Shown here: in pieces, positions 1-10,128 of the stretch
How the letters are laid out: every line of letters starts with the position of its first letter
Numbering within the stretch: position 1 is the stretch's first letter
Made by a program: the position numbers and the translations under genes
Notes under the pieces: generated by a model
What the model was told of the DNA's origin: nothing
What the model saw: only the letters and a program-made list of their open reading frames with translations
Databases searched by the model: none
Source: an uncultured Arcobacteraceae bacterium
GTDB taxonomy: Bacteria; Campylobacterota; Campylobacteria; Campylobacterales; Arcobacteraceae
Assembly (NCBI GenBank): GCA_964022095.1
Contig: CAXHZO010000003.1
Span: 1-64,000, forward strand
DNA: 64,000 bases
Reading direction: 5' to 3'

Positions 1-884
1 TAGCTTATGCAAATATGTTTAAAAGAGATTTTGAAAGATTTGAAAGTTCATATGACAGAAATAATTACTCACCACTTGGAAGTGCAGCACTTGCAGGAAC
101 TCCACATGATATAAATAGAGATTCTACTTGTGAAAAATTAGGATTTACTGCTCCTACTCTTCATGCTATGGATACAGTTTCTGATAGAGATTTTGCTTTA
201 GAGATTTTATTTAATATCTCAACTTGTATGATGCATATCTCAAGAATCTCTGAAGAGTTAATTTTATGGTCTTCATATGAATTTCAGTTTGTAAGAATGA
301 GTGATGAATACGCAACGACTAGTTCAATCATGCCTCAAAAGAAAAACCCAGATGTACCAGAACTTCTAAGGGGAAAAACTGGACGTGTATATGGAAATCT
401 TATTTCTCTTTTAACAGTTATGAAAGGTTTACCATTAGCTTATAATAAAGATACTCAAGAGGATAAAGAGGGAGTATTTGATTCAGTTAAAACAGCTGAA
501 ATTTCTATTTCGATTTTAAATGAAGTTATAAAAACTATGATTGTAAATTCTGATAAAATGGAAGAAGCTTGTAAAATAGGACACCTAACTGCAACTGATT
601 TAGCTGATTATTTAGTGCAAAAACAAAATATGCCATTTAGAACAGCTTACTATATTACTAAAGATGTTGTTACAAAAGCAAATGAATTAAATAAAGATAT
701 TAGTGAATTAAATATTGATGAAATTAGAAGTGCAACAAGTGACTTAGAAAATGTAAGTGAAGAGATTATTATGTATTTAGATTTAAGAAACTCAATGAAT
801 TCAAGAAATTCATATGGTGGAACATCAAGTATTCAAACAGAAAATCAAATAAAATATTTTGAAAATTGGTTAGAAGAAAACTAA
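1..884 (+). CDS. argH: Argininosuccinate lyase (5' truncated by window edge)
   Basis: [11 protein letters not shown] fumarase/ASL signature and GLPLAYNKD; frame is open to the window start. Confidence 0.96.
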   Translation, partial: AYANMFKRDFERFESSYDRNNYSPLGSAALAGTPHDINRDSTCEKLGFTAPTLHAMDTVSDRDFALEILFNISTCMMHISRISEELILWSSYEFQFVRMSDEYATTSSIMPQKKNPDVPELLRGKTGRVYGNLISLLTVMKGLPLAYNKDTQEDKEGVFDSVKTAEISISILNEVIKTMIVNSDKMEEACKIGHLTATDLADYLVQKQNMPFRTAYYITKDVVTKANELNKDISELNIDEIRSATSDLENVSEEIIMYLDLRNSMNSRNSYGGTSSIQTENQIKYFENWLEEN

Positions 885-897
885 ATTAAGTAGAAAT

Positions 898-924
898 AAT
901 AAGATGAGTTAAACTCATCTTATT
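898..924. terminator. Bidirectional intrinsic terminator between convergent argH and cheV
   Basis: Perfect stem AATAAGATGAGT-taa-ACTCATCTTATT. Confidence 0.75.
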
Positions 925-928
925 TATA

Positions 929-1837
929 TTATTTAAGTAAAAATTTCTTTGTGTACTCATAAAGTGTAGGAATATCAGTCTTCCCAACAAATCCATCAAC
1001 TCCAATTTTTTCCATTTTACCTTTAACTGCATCAGTTGTCATTGATGAGTTAACGATTACTGGAATTTCACTATAATCTTTACTATTTTTTACAAATGAT
1101 GCAACTTGATATCCATCTGTTCCCGGCATCTCAATATCTGTTAGAATCATTCCAATATCTTCTGGACTTAGCTCTTCAACTCTACTTATAAGTTGGCTAC
1201 CATTTGTATAGATTTCAAATTTAACACCTGTTTTTTTAAAGAATTTATTTAAAACTTCTCTAGCTACTCCTGAATCTTCAGCAGCTAAGATAACTCTACT
1301 TGACTCAAGTCTTCCATCAACATATTTTTGTACTTCGTTCTCACCATCATCAGTAAAGTTTATATCTTTTAAAAGTTGTTCTGCATTAAATACTGTACAT
1401 AATTCATCTTTATCATGTACTTTTACATAAGTAGTATAAGTAATTTTAGAGTTAGTCTCTTCTGTATGTCTTAATTGGTCTGTAGTCTTTTCTACAATAT
1501 CAAGCATGTCTTTAACTAAAAAACCAATTTTCTTGTGATTGAATTCACAATATATTATTAATTTGTACTCTTTAACATCTAATGCTTTAACACCTAACCA
1601 AACGTCAAGATTGATTAGTGTAACTGGTTCTCCCCTAATAGTTGCGATACCAGCGATTACATCACTATCTTTTGGAGTATCATTAATTGCAACTTCTTCT
1701 GTGATTATAAATGCTTTTACTTTTGCGATATTAATCGCATAAATACTATTATGACCAGTGTAAAACACAGCTAATTGTTGAACGTTTCTTAAATGACCTT
1801 GAGTCATTTGTTCAACACTACTATTAATACCGCTCAT
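929..1837 (-). CDS. cheV: Chemotaxis protein CheV (CheW + receiver domain)
   Basis: N-terminal CheW-like (YAINIAKV, IRGEPVTLINL); C-terminal REC (AEDS, TDIEMPGTDG, GK). Confidence 0.92.
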   Translation of the reverse strand: MSGINSSVEQMTQGHLRNVQQLAVFYTGHNSIYAINIAKVKAFIITEEVAINDTPKDSDVIAGIATIRGEPVTLINLDVWLGVKALDVKEYKLIIYCEFNHKKIGFLVKDMLDIVEKTTDQLRHTEETNSKITYTTYVKVHDKDELCTVFNAEQLLKDINFTDDGENEVQKYVDGRLESSRVILAAEDSGVAREVLNKFFKKTGVKFEIYTNGSQLISRVEELSPEDIGMILTDIEMPGTDGYQVASFVKNSKDYSEIPVIVNSSMTTDAVKGKMEKIGVDGFVGKTDIPTLYEYTKKFLLK

Positions 1838-1901
1838 GTGAATCCTTTATTAAATCTTAAGTTTCCAATTATATATCTTTTAAACTTTAAGACACTTTAA
1901 G

Positions 1902-2552
1902 TTATTTTTTTAGTTTAGCTAAAATTTTTTGTATTGTTACTGAGGCCATCATAAGTCCAAATGAGCCAGTTACTGCCTCAAAGCTACCTTTTTCGATACA
2001 ATTTGGATTTTCTGATGAAAAAATTACTTTAAACTTTTTTTTAAATCCTTGAGCTTTTAATTCATTCCTGATTTTTCTAATAAATGGATCATTAAATGTA
2101 TTCCATATAGAAATGTATTCAATTTTACTTGGATCTATTCTTTTTGCACTACCACTTGTACTTATAACTTTTGTGAAATATTTTTTGATTAAATGAACTT
2201 TTGGCTTTACATCATCGATTGCATCAAGAATATAATCATATGATGAAAAATCAAATTCATCAATCCACTCAGGTGTAATTTTTGCATGAATTGCTGTTAC
2301 TTTAGGATACTTTTCTTTTAATGCATCAACTTTAATTCTACCAATATTACCATGGCTTCCCATTTGTCTATTTTTATTTGATTCTTCATACTCATCAAAA
2401 TCTACAATAGTTATATCTGTTATTCCAGTGTTATAAAGTGCATCTAAGGCAAAGCTTCCAACTCCACCAACGCCTAATAATATAAGTTTTGTATTCTCAA
2501 ATTTATTGAACGTTTCTTGTCCAAATAATTTTATTGTTCTATCATATTGCAT
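1902..2552 (-). CDS. tcdA: ThiF/MoeB family protein, tRNA threonylcarbamoyladenosine dehydratase TcdA-like
   Basis: GVGGVGS, SNKNRQ, DAIDD, DPFIRKIR, VIFSSE motifs. Confidence 0.8.
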   Translation of the reverse strand: MQYDRTIKLFGQETFNKFENTKLILLGVGGVGSFALDALYNTGITDITIVDFDEYEESNKNRQMGSHGNIGRIKVDALKEKYPKVTAIHAKITPEWIDEFDFSSYDYILDAIDDVKPKVHLIKKYFTKVISTSGSAKRIDPSKIEYISIWNTFNDPFIRKIRNELKAQGFKKKFKVIFSSENPNCIEKGSFEAVTGSFGLMMASVTIQKILAKLKK

Positions 2553-2628
2553 AATTCGTCTCTTTATATAATCTTCTCTTTTATTAAAATTGGATATTAT
2601 ATCATAAAATATATTTGGGGAGTTGTTG

Positions 2629-3114
2629 ATGGATAAAGAGCCAATGACAAATGCTGGTTATGAAAAAGTAACTAAAGAATTAGAATTTCTAAAAAAAACT
2701 GAAAGACCAGAGACTGTTATAGATTTAGATGAAGCAAGACAGTTAGGTGATTTAAAAGAAAATGCAGAATATCATGCAGCAAAAGAGAAGTTAAAATTAA
2801 TTGATGTGCATATTGCAGAGCTTAGTAATTTAATTTCAAAAGCAATAATTATAGACCCTACAACACTTCCACATACAAAAGTTAGTTTTGGTTCAACAAT
2901 TGATATTGTTGATGTAAATACAGATGAAGAGTTCACTTACTCGATTGTTGGTGGAGTAGAGTCAAATGCTGAAAATGGTTTTATCTCTTTTAATTCACCT
3001 TTAGCGAAACAATTATTAGGTAAAGAAGAGGGTGATGAAATAACTGCTGCACTTCCAGGTGGAGCAAAAACTTTTGAAGTATTAGCTGTATATTATAAGG
3101 AGTTAGAATTATAA
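2629..3114 (+). CDS. greA: Transcription elongation factor GreA
   Basis: GDLKENAEYHAAKE and ISFNSPLAKQLLGK; ATG 2629 preferred over TTG 2623 given the GGGGAG RBS. Confidence 0.95.
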   Translation: MDKEPMTNAGYEKVTKELEFLKKTERPETVIDLDEARQLGDLKENAEYHAAKEKLKLIDVHIAELSNLISKAIIIDPTTLPHTKVSFGSTIDIVDVNTDEEFTYSIVGGVESNAENGFISFNSPLAKQLLGKEEGDEITAALPGGAKTFEVLAVYYKELEL

Positions 3115-4118
3115 TGAATGTTGCAATAATAGGAGCTAGTGGTTACACTGGCTTAGAATTAATTAAAATATTAATCAATCATCCAAAATTTAATATTAGT
3201 TACATAGCAAACTCAACTGGAAATGAAAATGTTCAAGAGTTACATCCTTGTTTAAAAGATGTAATCGATGTTGAAGTAGAAAAAGCAGATGCTAAAGAAG
3301 TTGCAAAAGTTGCTGATTTAGCATTTTTAGCACTTCCTCATAAAACAGCGATGTTCTTTGCTAAAGAGTTATTAGAACTTGGTGTTAAAGTTGTTGATTT
3401 AAGTGCAGATTATAGACTTGATTTAGAAACATATGAAAAACACTATTGTCCCCATGAAGATAAAGATCATATAAAAGATTCTGTTTATGGATTACCTGAG
3501 TACTATGGTAAAGAGTTAAAAAGTGCAAAACTAGTTGCAAACCCTGGATGTTATCCAACTGCCTCACTTTTAGCTCTTTTACCATTTATTGACTATATTC
3601 AAGATGATAGTCAAATTTTTATTGATGCAAAATCAGGTGTTAGTGGTGCAGGAAAAAAACTTAGTGAAATAACACATTTTGGTAGTTTAAATGAAAACCA
3701 TCACGCATATAATCCTTTTAAACATAGACATATGCCAGAAATTGAAGAGAAAATTAAAAAAGTAAAAAATAAAGAGTTTCAAATAAACTTTGTTCCTCAT
3801 TTATTGCCAGTTACTAGAGGTATGTTAGTTTCTGTTTATGCTACTTTAAAAGATGAAATTGATGTTGAAACTATTTTAAAAGATGCCTACAAAGATAATG
3901 AATTTATAAGAATTAGAGATAAAGCTGTTGATATTAAATCAACTGCAGGTACAAATTTTTGTGATATTTTTGTAGCTAGAAATGGAAAAGCTTTATTTAT
4001 TAACTCTTCAATAGATAATTTACTAAGAGGAGCTTCATCTCAAGCAGTTGTAAATGCAAATATCATGTGTGGATATGAAGAGGGTGAAGGTATTCCAAAA
4101 ATAGCTTATGTTCCTTAG
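3114..4118 (+). CDS. argC: N-acetyl-gamma-glutamyl-phosphate reductase
   Basis: GASGYTG, VANPGCYPT, SGVSGAG, DNLLRGA. Confidence 0.96.
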   Translation: MNVAIIGASGYTGLELIKILINHPKFNISYIANSTGNENVQELHPCLKDVIDVEVEKADAKEVAKVADLAFLALPHKTAMFFAKELLELGVKVVDLSADYRLDLETYEKHYCPHEDKDHIKDSVYGLPEYYGKELKSAKLVANPGCYPTASLLALLPFIDYIQDDSQIFIDAKSGVSGAGKKLSEITHFGSLNENHHAYNPFKHRHMPEIEEKIKKVKNKEFQINFVPHLLPVTRGMLVSVYATLKDEIDVETILKDAYKDNEFIRIRDKAVDIKSTAGTNFCDIFVARNGKALFINSSIDNLLRGASSQAVVNANIMCGYEEGEGIPKIAYVP

Positions 4119-4809
4119 TCTTAAAAAAGATGCTATTTTTGTAGCAGATTCTCATTTTAATCAAAATCACCAAGAGTTTTTAACTTTTTTAAAAAAGTTA
4201 GACTCGGGTGAGATAAAAACTACTCAGCTTATACTTATGGGAGATAATTTTGATTTTATTACAGGTGAGTGTAAATACTTTATAAAAATAAACCAAGAAT
4301 TAATTGATATTTTAAATAAATTATCTAAGAGTTTAGAGATGCTTTATTTAGAAGGAAATCATGATTATAATATTCAGTCTCTTTTCCCAAATATAAAAGT
4401 CATAAAAAGAGAGTCTCAACCTTTTATTACAAAAACATTTGATAACAAAACTGTAAGTTTATCACATGGAGATAATTTTATTGATTGGAAGTATGATTTG
4501 TATTGTAGTGTTATTAGAAACTCTCCTTTACTTAAGTTTTTAAATCTATTTGATTTTAATTTTTTTATTTCAAAAAAGATTGAAAATGCATTATTGGGTA
4601 AAAATATTTGTCATGATTTTAAAAACTTTAAACAATTGGTTATGAAAAGAATAAATAATTATAAAACTGATATAATTATTGAAGGTCATTATCATCAAGG
4701 TAAGTCTTATGAAATTAATGAAAAACTATATGTGAATATTCCGTCTTTATGTTGCTCAAAACAGTACACAAGATTGTTAGATGATGGTTTTTCGAAGGAA
4801 ACATTATGA
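4108..4809 (+). CDS. lpxH: UDP-2,3-diacylglucosamine diphosphatase (metallophosphoesterase)
   Basis: DSH, GDNFD, GNHD, HGD, GHYH calcineurin-like motifs; size and family fit LpxH. Confidence 0.75.
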   Translation: MFLSLKKDAIFVADSHFNQNHQEFLTFLKKLDSGEIKTTQLILMGDNFDFITGECKYFIKINQELIDILNKLSKSLEMLYLEGNHDYNIQSLFPNIKVIKRESQPFITKTFDNKTVSLSHGDNFIDWKYDLYCSVIRNSPLLKFLNLFDFNFFISKKIENALLGKNICHDFKNFKQLVMKRINNYKTDIIIEGHYHQGKSYEINEKLYVNIPSLCCSKQYTRLLDDGFSKETL

Positions 4810-5348
4810 TTAATATGCTTTTAATTGGAATCATCATATTACTTTTAGCAATTTGTATTTTTTTAGTAATTTTGCTTATGAAAAAAAAATCTACAAATCA
4901 AACTAATAAAAGTGATTTAATAAAAGAAGATTTTTCAAAAGATGAAAAAAAACTGATCTTCCCTAAAAAAATTGAAGAGATGGGATATCACTCTTTAGTA
5001 AAATCTTGTGTAATAATATTTGATTCTTTTAAGGCACTAAATTATAGTAAAAAAAATGAAAAAATCTTAAGTAATGTAGAATGGCATTCATGGCAAATAT
5101 CTCTTTTATTATCTTTACTGCAAAGAGATGGTGATTTATTTGTTCCTGATATAAAATCAATAATTCACCAATCAATTATTGATAGATCATTAAATTACTT
5201 AGAATCAGAAATAAAAAAGATTGAAAACAAATATTATGAAAATGTAAATATAAGTAAATCAAGGGATGATCTAAGTAAAGATGTTATTTGGACTGTAAAA
5301 GAAGTTTCAATAATATTTTACTATATGTCTTTAGTAAAAACTAAATAA
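4806..5348 (+). CDS. Hypothetical protein with N-terminal membrane anchor
   Basis: Hydrophobic N-terminal run followed by KKK; ATGA overlap with the upstream gene. Confidence 0.65.
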   Translation: MINMLLIGIIILLLAICIFLVILLMKKKSTNQTNKSDLIKEDFSKDEKKLIFPKKIEEMGYHSLVKSCVIIFDSFKALNYSKKNEKILSNVEWHSWQISLLLSLLQRDGDLFVPDIKSIIHQSIIDRSLNYLESEIKKIENKYYENVNISKSRDDLSKDVIWTVKEVSIIFYYMSLVKTK

Positions 5349-5395
5349 ATCAAAATTCTAAATAGCCAAAAAGCTTCAATTCGTTATAATCCCAC

Positions 5396-7369
5396 ATGAC
5401 AGAATTTAAAGTAGAATCGCAATACTCTCCAGCAGGAGATCAACCAAAAGCAATTGAGGCATTAAGTAATAGTATAATTGAGGGTAATAAATTTAATACC
5501 CTTTTAGGTGTTACAGGTAGTGGTAAGACATATACTATGGCAAAAGTTATAGAAAAGACTCAAAAGCCAACACTTATTATGACTCATAATAAAACATTAG
5601 CTGCTCAGTTATACTCTGAGTTTAAACAGTTCTTCCCGAATAATCACGTTGAATACTTTATTTCATACTATGATTATTATCAACCAGAAGCTTATATTCC
5701 TAGAACGGATCTGTTTATTGAAAAAGATAGTTCTATAAATAGTGAGTTAGAAAGATTAAGACTTAGTGCAACAGCATCACTTTTATCTTTTGATGATGTA
5801 ATTGTTATTGCTTCTGTTTCTGCAAACTATGGTTTAGGTAATCCAGAAGAGTATAAAGAAATGGTTCAACGAATTGAAGTTGGATTTGAATACTCTCAAA
5901 GAGAGTTCTTACTAAAACTTATAGAAATGGGCTATAAAAGAAATGATAAGTTTTTTGATAGAGCTGATTTTAGAGTAAATGGTGATGTTATAGATATTTA
6001 TCCAGCATATTATGATGATGAATTTATCAGAGTTGAGTTCTTTGGTGATGAGGTTGAATCAATCACTAAGCATGAGTATTTAACAAATAATAAAACAAAA
6101 GAGTTAAATGATGTGATTATCTATTCTGTTAACCCATTTGTTGTTACAAATGATAGATTAGCAGTTGCAGTTAAACAAATAGAAGAAGAACTAGAAGAAA
6201 GACTTATAAATCTAAAAGAAAATGATAAATTAGTAGAGTACCAAAGACTAAAACAAAGAGTAGAATTTGATTTAGAGATGATCGAAGGTACTGGTGTTTG
6301 TAAGGGAATTGAAAACTATGCAAGACACTTAACAGGTCAAAAACCTGGTGAGACTCCATATTCGCTTATGGATTATTTTGAAACTATGAATGATGACTTT
6401 TTATTAATAGTTGATGAATCACATGTTTCACTTCCTCAGTTTAGAGGTATGTATGCTGCTGATAGAAGTAGAAAAGAAGTATTAGTTGAGTATGGATTTA
6501 GACTTCCAAGTGCCCTTGATAATAGACCTTTACAATTTGATGAATTTATGAGTAAAAAAGCTTCATATCTTTTTGTAAGTGCAACCCCAAATGCCCTTGA
6601 ACTTGAAAAGTCAAGTGTAGTTGCAGAACAAATTATTAGGCCAACTGGATTACTTGACCCAATTATTGAAATAAAAGATAGTGAGTATCAAGTTGAAACA
6701 CTACATGACGAGATTAAAAAAGTAATTGATAAAAATGAAAGAGTTTTAATAACTGTTTTAACAAAAAAAATGGCTGAAGAGCTTGCTAGTTATTATCAAG
6801 ACTTAGGTATAAAAGTTAAGTATATGCATAGTGAAATAGATGCAATTGAGAGAAATCAAATTATCAGAGAGTTAAGACTTGGGGAGTTTGATGTACTTAT
6901 TGGTATTAACTTACTTAGAGAGGGACTTGATATTCCAGAAACTTCGCTAGTTGCAATTTTAGATGCAGATAAAGAAGGATTTTTAAGAAGTAGAACTTCT
7001 CTTATTCAAACAATAGGAAGGGCTGCTAGAAATCAAAATGGTAGAGTAATTCTATTTGCCAAAAGAATAACTGATTCTATGCAGTTTGCAATAGATGAGA
7101 CAACAAGAAGAAGAGCTATTCAAGAGGCTCATAATAAAGAGCATGGAATCACACCAACTTCAACAAAAAGAAGTTTAGATCAGAATCTAAAATTAGAAGA
7201 GTATGATGATTTAGCATGGAAAAAAGATAAGCTAGAAAAAATGCCAGCAAGTGAGAGAAAGAAAATCTTAATTGAGTTAAATAAACAAATGAAAAAAGCG
7301 GCGCAAGATTTAAATTTTGAAGAGGCGATTCGTTTAAGAGATGAGATAGATAAAGTTAAGAAGATATAG
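5396..7369 (+). CDS. uvrB: Excinuclease ABC subunit B
   Basis: [29 protein letters not shown]-terminal UVR coil (FEEAIRLRD). Confidence 0.98.
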   Translation: MTEFKVESQYSPAGDQPKAIEALSNSIIEGNKFNTLLGVTGSGKTYTMAKVIEKTQKPTLIMTHNKTLAAQLYSEFKQFFPNNHVEYFISYYDYYQPEAYIPRTDLFIEKDSSINSELERLRLSATASLLSFDDVIVIASVSANYGLGNPEEYKEMVQRIEVGFEYSQREFLLKLIEMGYKRNDKFFDRADFRVNGDVIDIYPAYYDDEFIRVEFFGDEVESITKHEYLTNNKTKELNDVIIYSVNPFVVTNDRLAVAVKQIEEELEERLINLKENDKLVEYQRLKQRVEFDLEMIEGTGVCKGIENYARHLTGQKPGETPYSLMDYFETMNDDFLLIVDESHVSLPQFRGMYAADRSRKEVLVEYGFRLPSALDNRPLQFDEFMSKKASYLFVSATPNALELEKSSVVAEQIIRPTGLLDPIIEIKDSEYQVETLHDEIKKVIDKNERVLITVLTKKMAEELASYYQDLGIKVKYMHSEIDAIERNQIIRELRLGEFDVLIGINLLREGLDIPETSLVAILDADKEGFLRSRTSLIQTIGRAARNQNGRVILFAKRITDSMQFAIDETTRRRAIQEAHNKEHGITPTSTKRSLDQNLKLEEYDDLAWKKDKLEKMPASERKKILIELNKQMKKAAQDLNFEEAIRLRDEIDKVKKI

Positions 7370-7405
7370 GTATAATTAAGTTAAATTATCAAGTAAAGTA
7401 TAAAG

Positions 7406-8677
7406 ATGAAGAAAGACTATCCTGTAAATGAAAAAGAATGGCTAAAGTATTTAACTATAGACAATTACTACACTATTTTTGAAATTGAGCGTAGAAAAAA
7501 AATTATTTCAGAAACAGGATGCAATTTTGATTCAATAGTTGAATCAGTTAGTAAATATAGACAAAAAAACAAATTACTAATATTTAGTTTTGAAGAGAAA
7601 AATTTCTTTATTACAGATACATTTAAATTAAGAAAAAATATTGATACGATTAAAGAATTTTGGAAAAGTTTAGAATATAATTTTCAAAGTAAATTTTCAC
7701 TTCAACTACTTAAAGAAACATTAATAGAAGAAGGATATTATTCTTCTACTATTGAAGGGGCACACAGTACTATAAAAAGAGCTAAAACTTTAGCTAAAGG
7801 AAAATCAGAGCCTAAAAATAAAAGTGAATTTATGGTGTTAAATAATTTTAAAGCATTAATTGAACTTGAAGATGTAAAAGAGCAAATTTCTAATAAACTT
7901 ATTTTTAAAATCCATGAAATAACAGTTGAGAATACACTTGATGATGATTATAATATAGGAAAATATCGAACTGAACCAAATGAAATAATAAGCCAGACTG
8001 GAAAGATTATATTTCAACCAATAGCTAATATAGATAAAATGAATTTAATGATTAATGATTTATTAGAATTTTTAAAAGATGATGAATTCTCAAGACCTAT
8101 TGAAAAAATATATAAATCAATTGCATTTCATTTTTTATTTGCATACATTCATCCCTTTGATGATGGAAATGGAAGAACAGTAAGAATTCTTTTTACGTAT
8201 TTACTTAAATATTATGGATATGACATGTTTTATTATATTTCATTGTCTGAAATTATTAACAGAAAAAAAGCTAAAGCATATTATCAGGCATTTATAGATG
8301 TAGAGAGAAGTAATATTTCAGATAAAAATTCGTTTGATATGACTTATTTTTTTTATTATTTGACAGATGTTATGATTGAGGGATTAAGTATTTTAAAACA
8401 TAGAATAAATACTCACTTAAGAGAAGATATTATTAAGAATGTGGCAAAAAATAATAATATTGATTTAACACCACGTCAAGAAAAGATTATAAAAGTTTTA
8501 TCAAATAAAAATAATACATTCATGATTACAAGTGAAGAGTTATCTAAGAAATTTGATGTAAGTGTAAGAACAATACAGAAAGATTTAAAATTATTAATTG
8601 ACTTTGATTTAATTGAAAAAGTCAAAGCTACAAAAAATAAGAGAAAAAACTATTTTAGAATTAATGTTGATTTATAA
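7406..8677 (+). CDS. Fic family protein with N-terminal autoinhibitory motif and C-terminal winged HTH
   Basis: HPFDDGNGRTVR catalytic motif; SSTIEG inhibitory motif; ELSKKFDVSVRTIQKDLKLL DeoR-type HTH. Confidence 0.92.
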   Translation: MKKDYPVNEKEWLKYLTIDNYYTIFEIERRKKIISETGCNFDSIVESVSKYRQKNKLLIFSFEEKNFFITDTFKLRKNIDTIKEFWKSLEYNFQSKFSLQLLKETLIEEGYYSSTIEGAHSTIKRAKTLAKGKSEPKNKSEFMVLNNFKALIELEDVKEQISNKLIFKIHEITVENTLDDDYNIGKYRTEPNEIISQTGKIIFQPIANIDKMNLMINDLLEFLKDDEFSRPIEKIYKSIAFHFLFAYIHPFDDGNGRTVRILFTYLLKYYGYDMFYYISLSEIINRKKAKAYYQAFIDVERSNISDKNSFDMTYFFYYLTDVMIEGLSILKHRINTHLREDIIKNVAKNNNIDLTPRQEKIIKVLSNKNNTFMITSEELSKKFDVSVRTIQKDLKLLIDFDLIEKVKATKNKRKNYFRINVDL

Positions 8678-8696
8678 ATAAATGAGGGAATATAAT

Positions 8697-9353
8697 TTGC
8701 CAAGATTAAAAAAAGCCACAAAAGAAGAAATCCAAATCATAAAAGAAGCATTTGTAGAAAAATATAGTGATGCAGTAACAGAGTTAGAGTATAAAAATGA
8801 CTATGAATTGTTAATAGCTATTATTTTATCTGCACAATGTACAGATAAAAGAGTAAATATCATAACACCAGCACTTTTTGAAAAATACCCAAGTGTAAAA
8901 GAGTTAGCCGTAGCACAGCTTGATGATGTAAAAGAATTATTAAAATCATGTTCGTTTTTTAATAATAAATCAAAAAATATCATCAAAATGGCACAAAGTG
9001 TTTTAGAAGATTATGATGGTGAAATTCCACATGATCAAAAAAAGCTTATGAAATTAGCAGGTGTTGGAAATAAAACAGCAAATGTATTTATGATTGAGTT
9101 TGAAGGGGCAAATTTAATGGCAGTTGATACGCATGTATTTAGAGTTTCTCATAGACTTGGTCTTAGTAGTGCTAAAAATGTTGATTTAACAGAAGCTGAA
9201 TTAGTTAAAAAACTAAAAGGGCATGATTTACATATCTTCCATCAAGCGATGGTATTATTTGGTAGATATATTTGTAAAGCAGTTAAACCTGATTGTGATA
9301 ACTGCTTATTCCCTCATGTTTGTAAATCTAAGAGTGGATTTAAACCTAGCTAA
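8697..9353 (+). CDS. nth: Endonuclease III
   Basis: LSAQCTD, HhH LAGVGNKTA, VDTH, C-x6-C-x2-C-x5-C Fe-S motif; TTG 8697 follows GAGGG (alternative ATG 8682). Confidence 0.95.
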   Translation: MPRLKKATKEEIQIIKEAFVEKYSDAVTELEYKNDYELLIAIILSAQCTDKRVNIITPALFEKYPSVKELAVAQLDDVKELLKSCSFFNNKSKNIIKMAQSVLEDYDGEIPHDQKKLMKLAGVGNKTANVFMIEFEGANLMAVDTHVFRVSHRLGLSSAKNVDLTEAELVKKLKGHDLHIFHQAMVLFGRYICKAVKPDCDNCLFPHVCKSKSGFKPS

Positions 9354-9363
9354 AATTTTTTTG

Positions 9364-9762
9364 CTATTTTACTTTACACTCTTCTTTGAAGTTTTTAAAA
9401 ATATACTCATCTTCTACTTGAATTACTTCGATATTTTTTGCTTCACAAAAATATTCATAAGAATCTTTTTTGATGATGTAGTTAAATTTATAAACATTTT
9501 TACTACTTGATAGTACTTCAACATTTGTTTTTGAGTATGATAGTTTTAATACTTCTAAATTTTTATGTGCTTTATAATACTCTTTAAAAGCATTTGGGAG
9601 TTGATTCTTTTGCTCAATACTTGAAAAAACAATTGCCACAATAATAGCTACTACTACAAGAGCATAAGTTGTAAGCTCTTTTTTTGTAAAACTCTTTTTT
9701 ATTTTATAAATTAAATATAAAATTAAAGCAATTATTAGAAGTGAAAATATAATGATTTGCAT
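9364..9762 (-). CDS. Hypothetical membrane protein (two N-terminal hydrophobic segments)
   Basis: 132-aa ORF with two TM-like stretches, 2 bp downstream of the next ORF. Confidence 0.7.
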   Translation of the reverse strand: MQIIIFSLLIIALILYLIYKIKKSFTKKELTTYALVVVAIIVAIVFSSIEQKNQLPNAFKEYYKAHKNLEVLKLSYSKTNVEVLSSSKNVYKFNYIIKKDSYEYFCEAKNIEVIQVEDEYIFKNFKEECKVK

Positions 9763-9764
9763 AT

Positions 9765-10016
9765 TTATTTGCCTTTATTTTGAATTTTTGCTTTAAATGC
9801 ATCTTTTGAAAGATACTTCCCAGCAGATGTAGGTGTTGCTTTTGGTAAGAATTCATCTTCTAGTACAGGTTTTTGTACTTTTCTTGTCATTGAACTTCCT
9901 TGTAAAGATTTATTATCAACTTTTATATCTTTTATTAAACCTGATTTTAAATTTTTTAAAATCATTAATACTACATCTTTATCTTTGTTATCAACATCAA
10001 GAGTAATCTTTGCCAA
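9765..10016 (-). CDS. Small hypothetical protein
   Basis: 83-aa ORF, TTG start with AAAGG RBS, likely co-transcribed with 9364-9762. Confidence 0.65.
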   Translation of the reverse strand: MAKITLDVDNKDKDVVLMILKNLKSGLIKDIKVDNKSLQGSSMTRKVQKPVLEDEFLPKATPTSAGKYLSKDAFKAKIQNKGK

Positions 10017-10064
10017 TGTATTGCCTTTTTTTATTGGTATTATATCTGTTTATAATTTTAATGA

Positions 10065-10084
10065 AAATTAACATCAAATTAACA
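10065..10084 (+). promoter_or_regulatory. Direct repeat (AAATTAACA x2, 11-bp period), candidate regulator site
   Basis: AAATTAACA-tc-AAATTAACA just upstream of a TAATAAT -10-like element of the TonB receptor gene. Confidence 0.45.
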
Positions 10085-10128
10085 CACCTTTGTAATAATC
10101 ATAAAAAATTTTATCACAAGGAAAGTTA

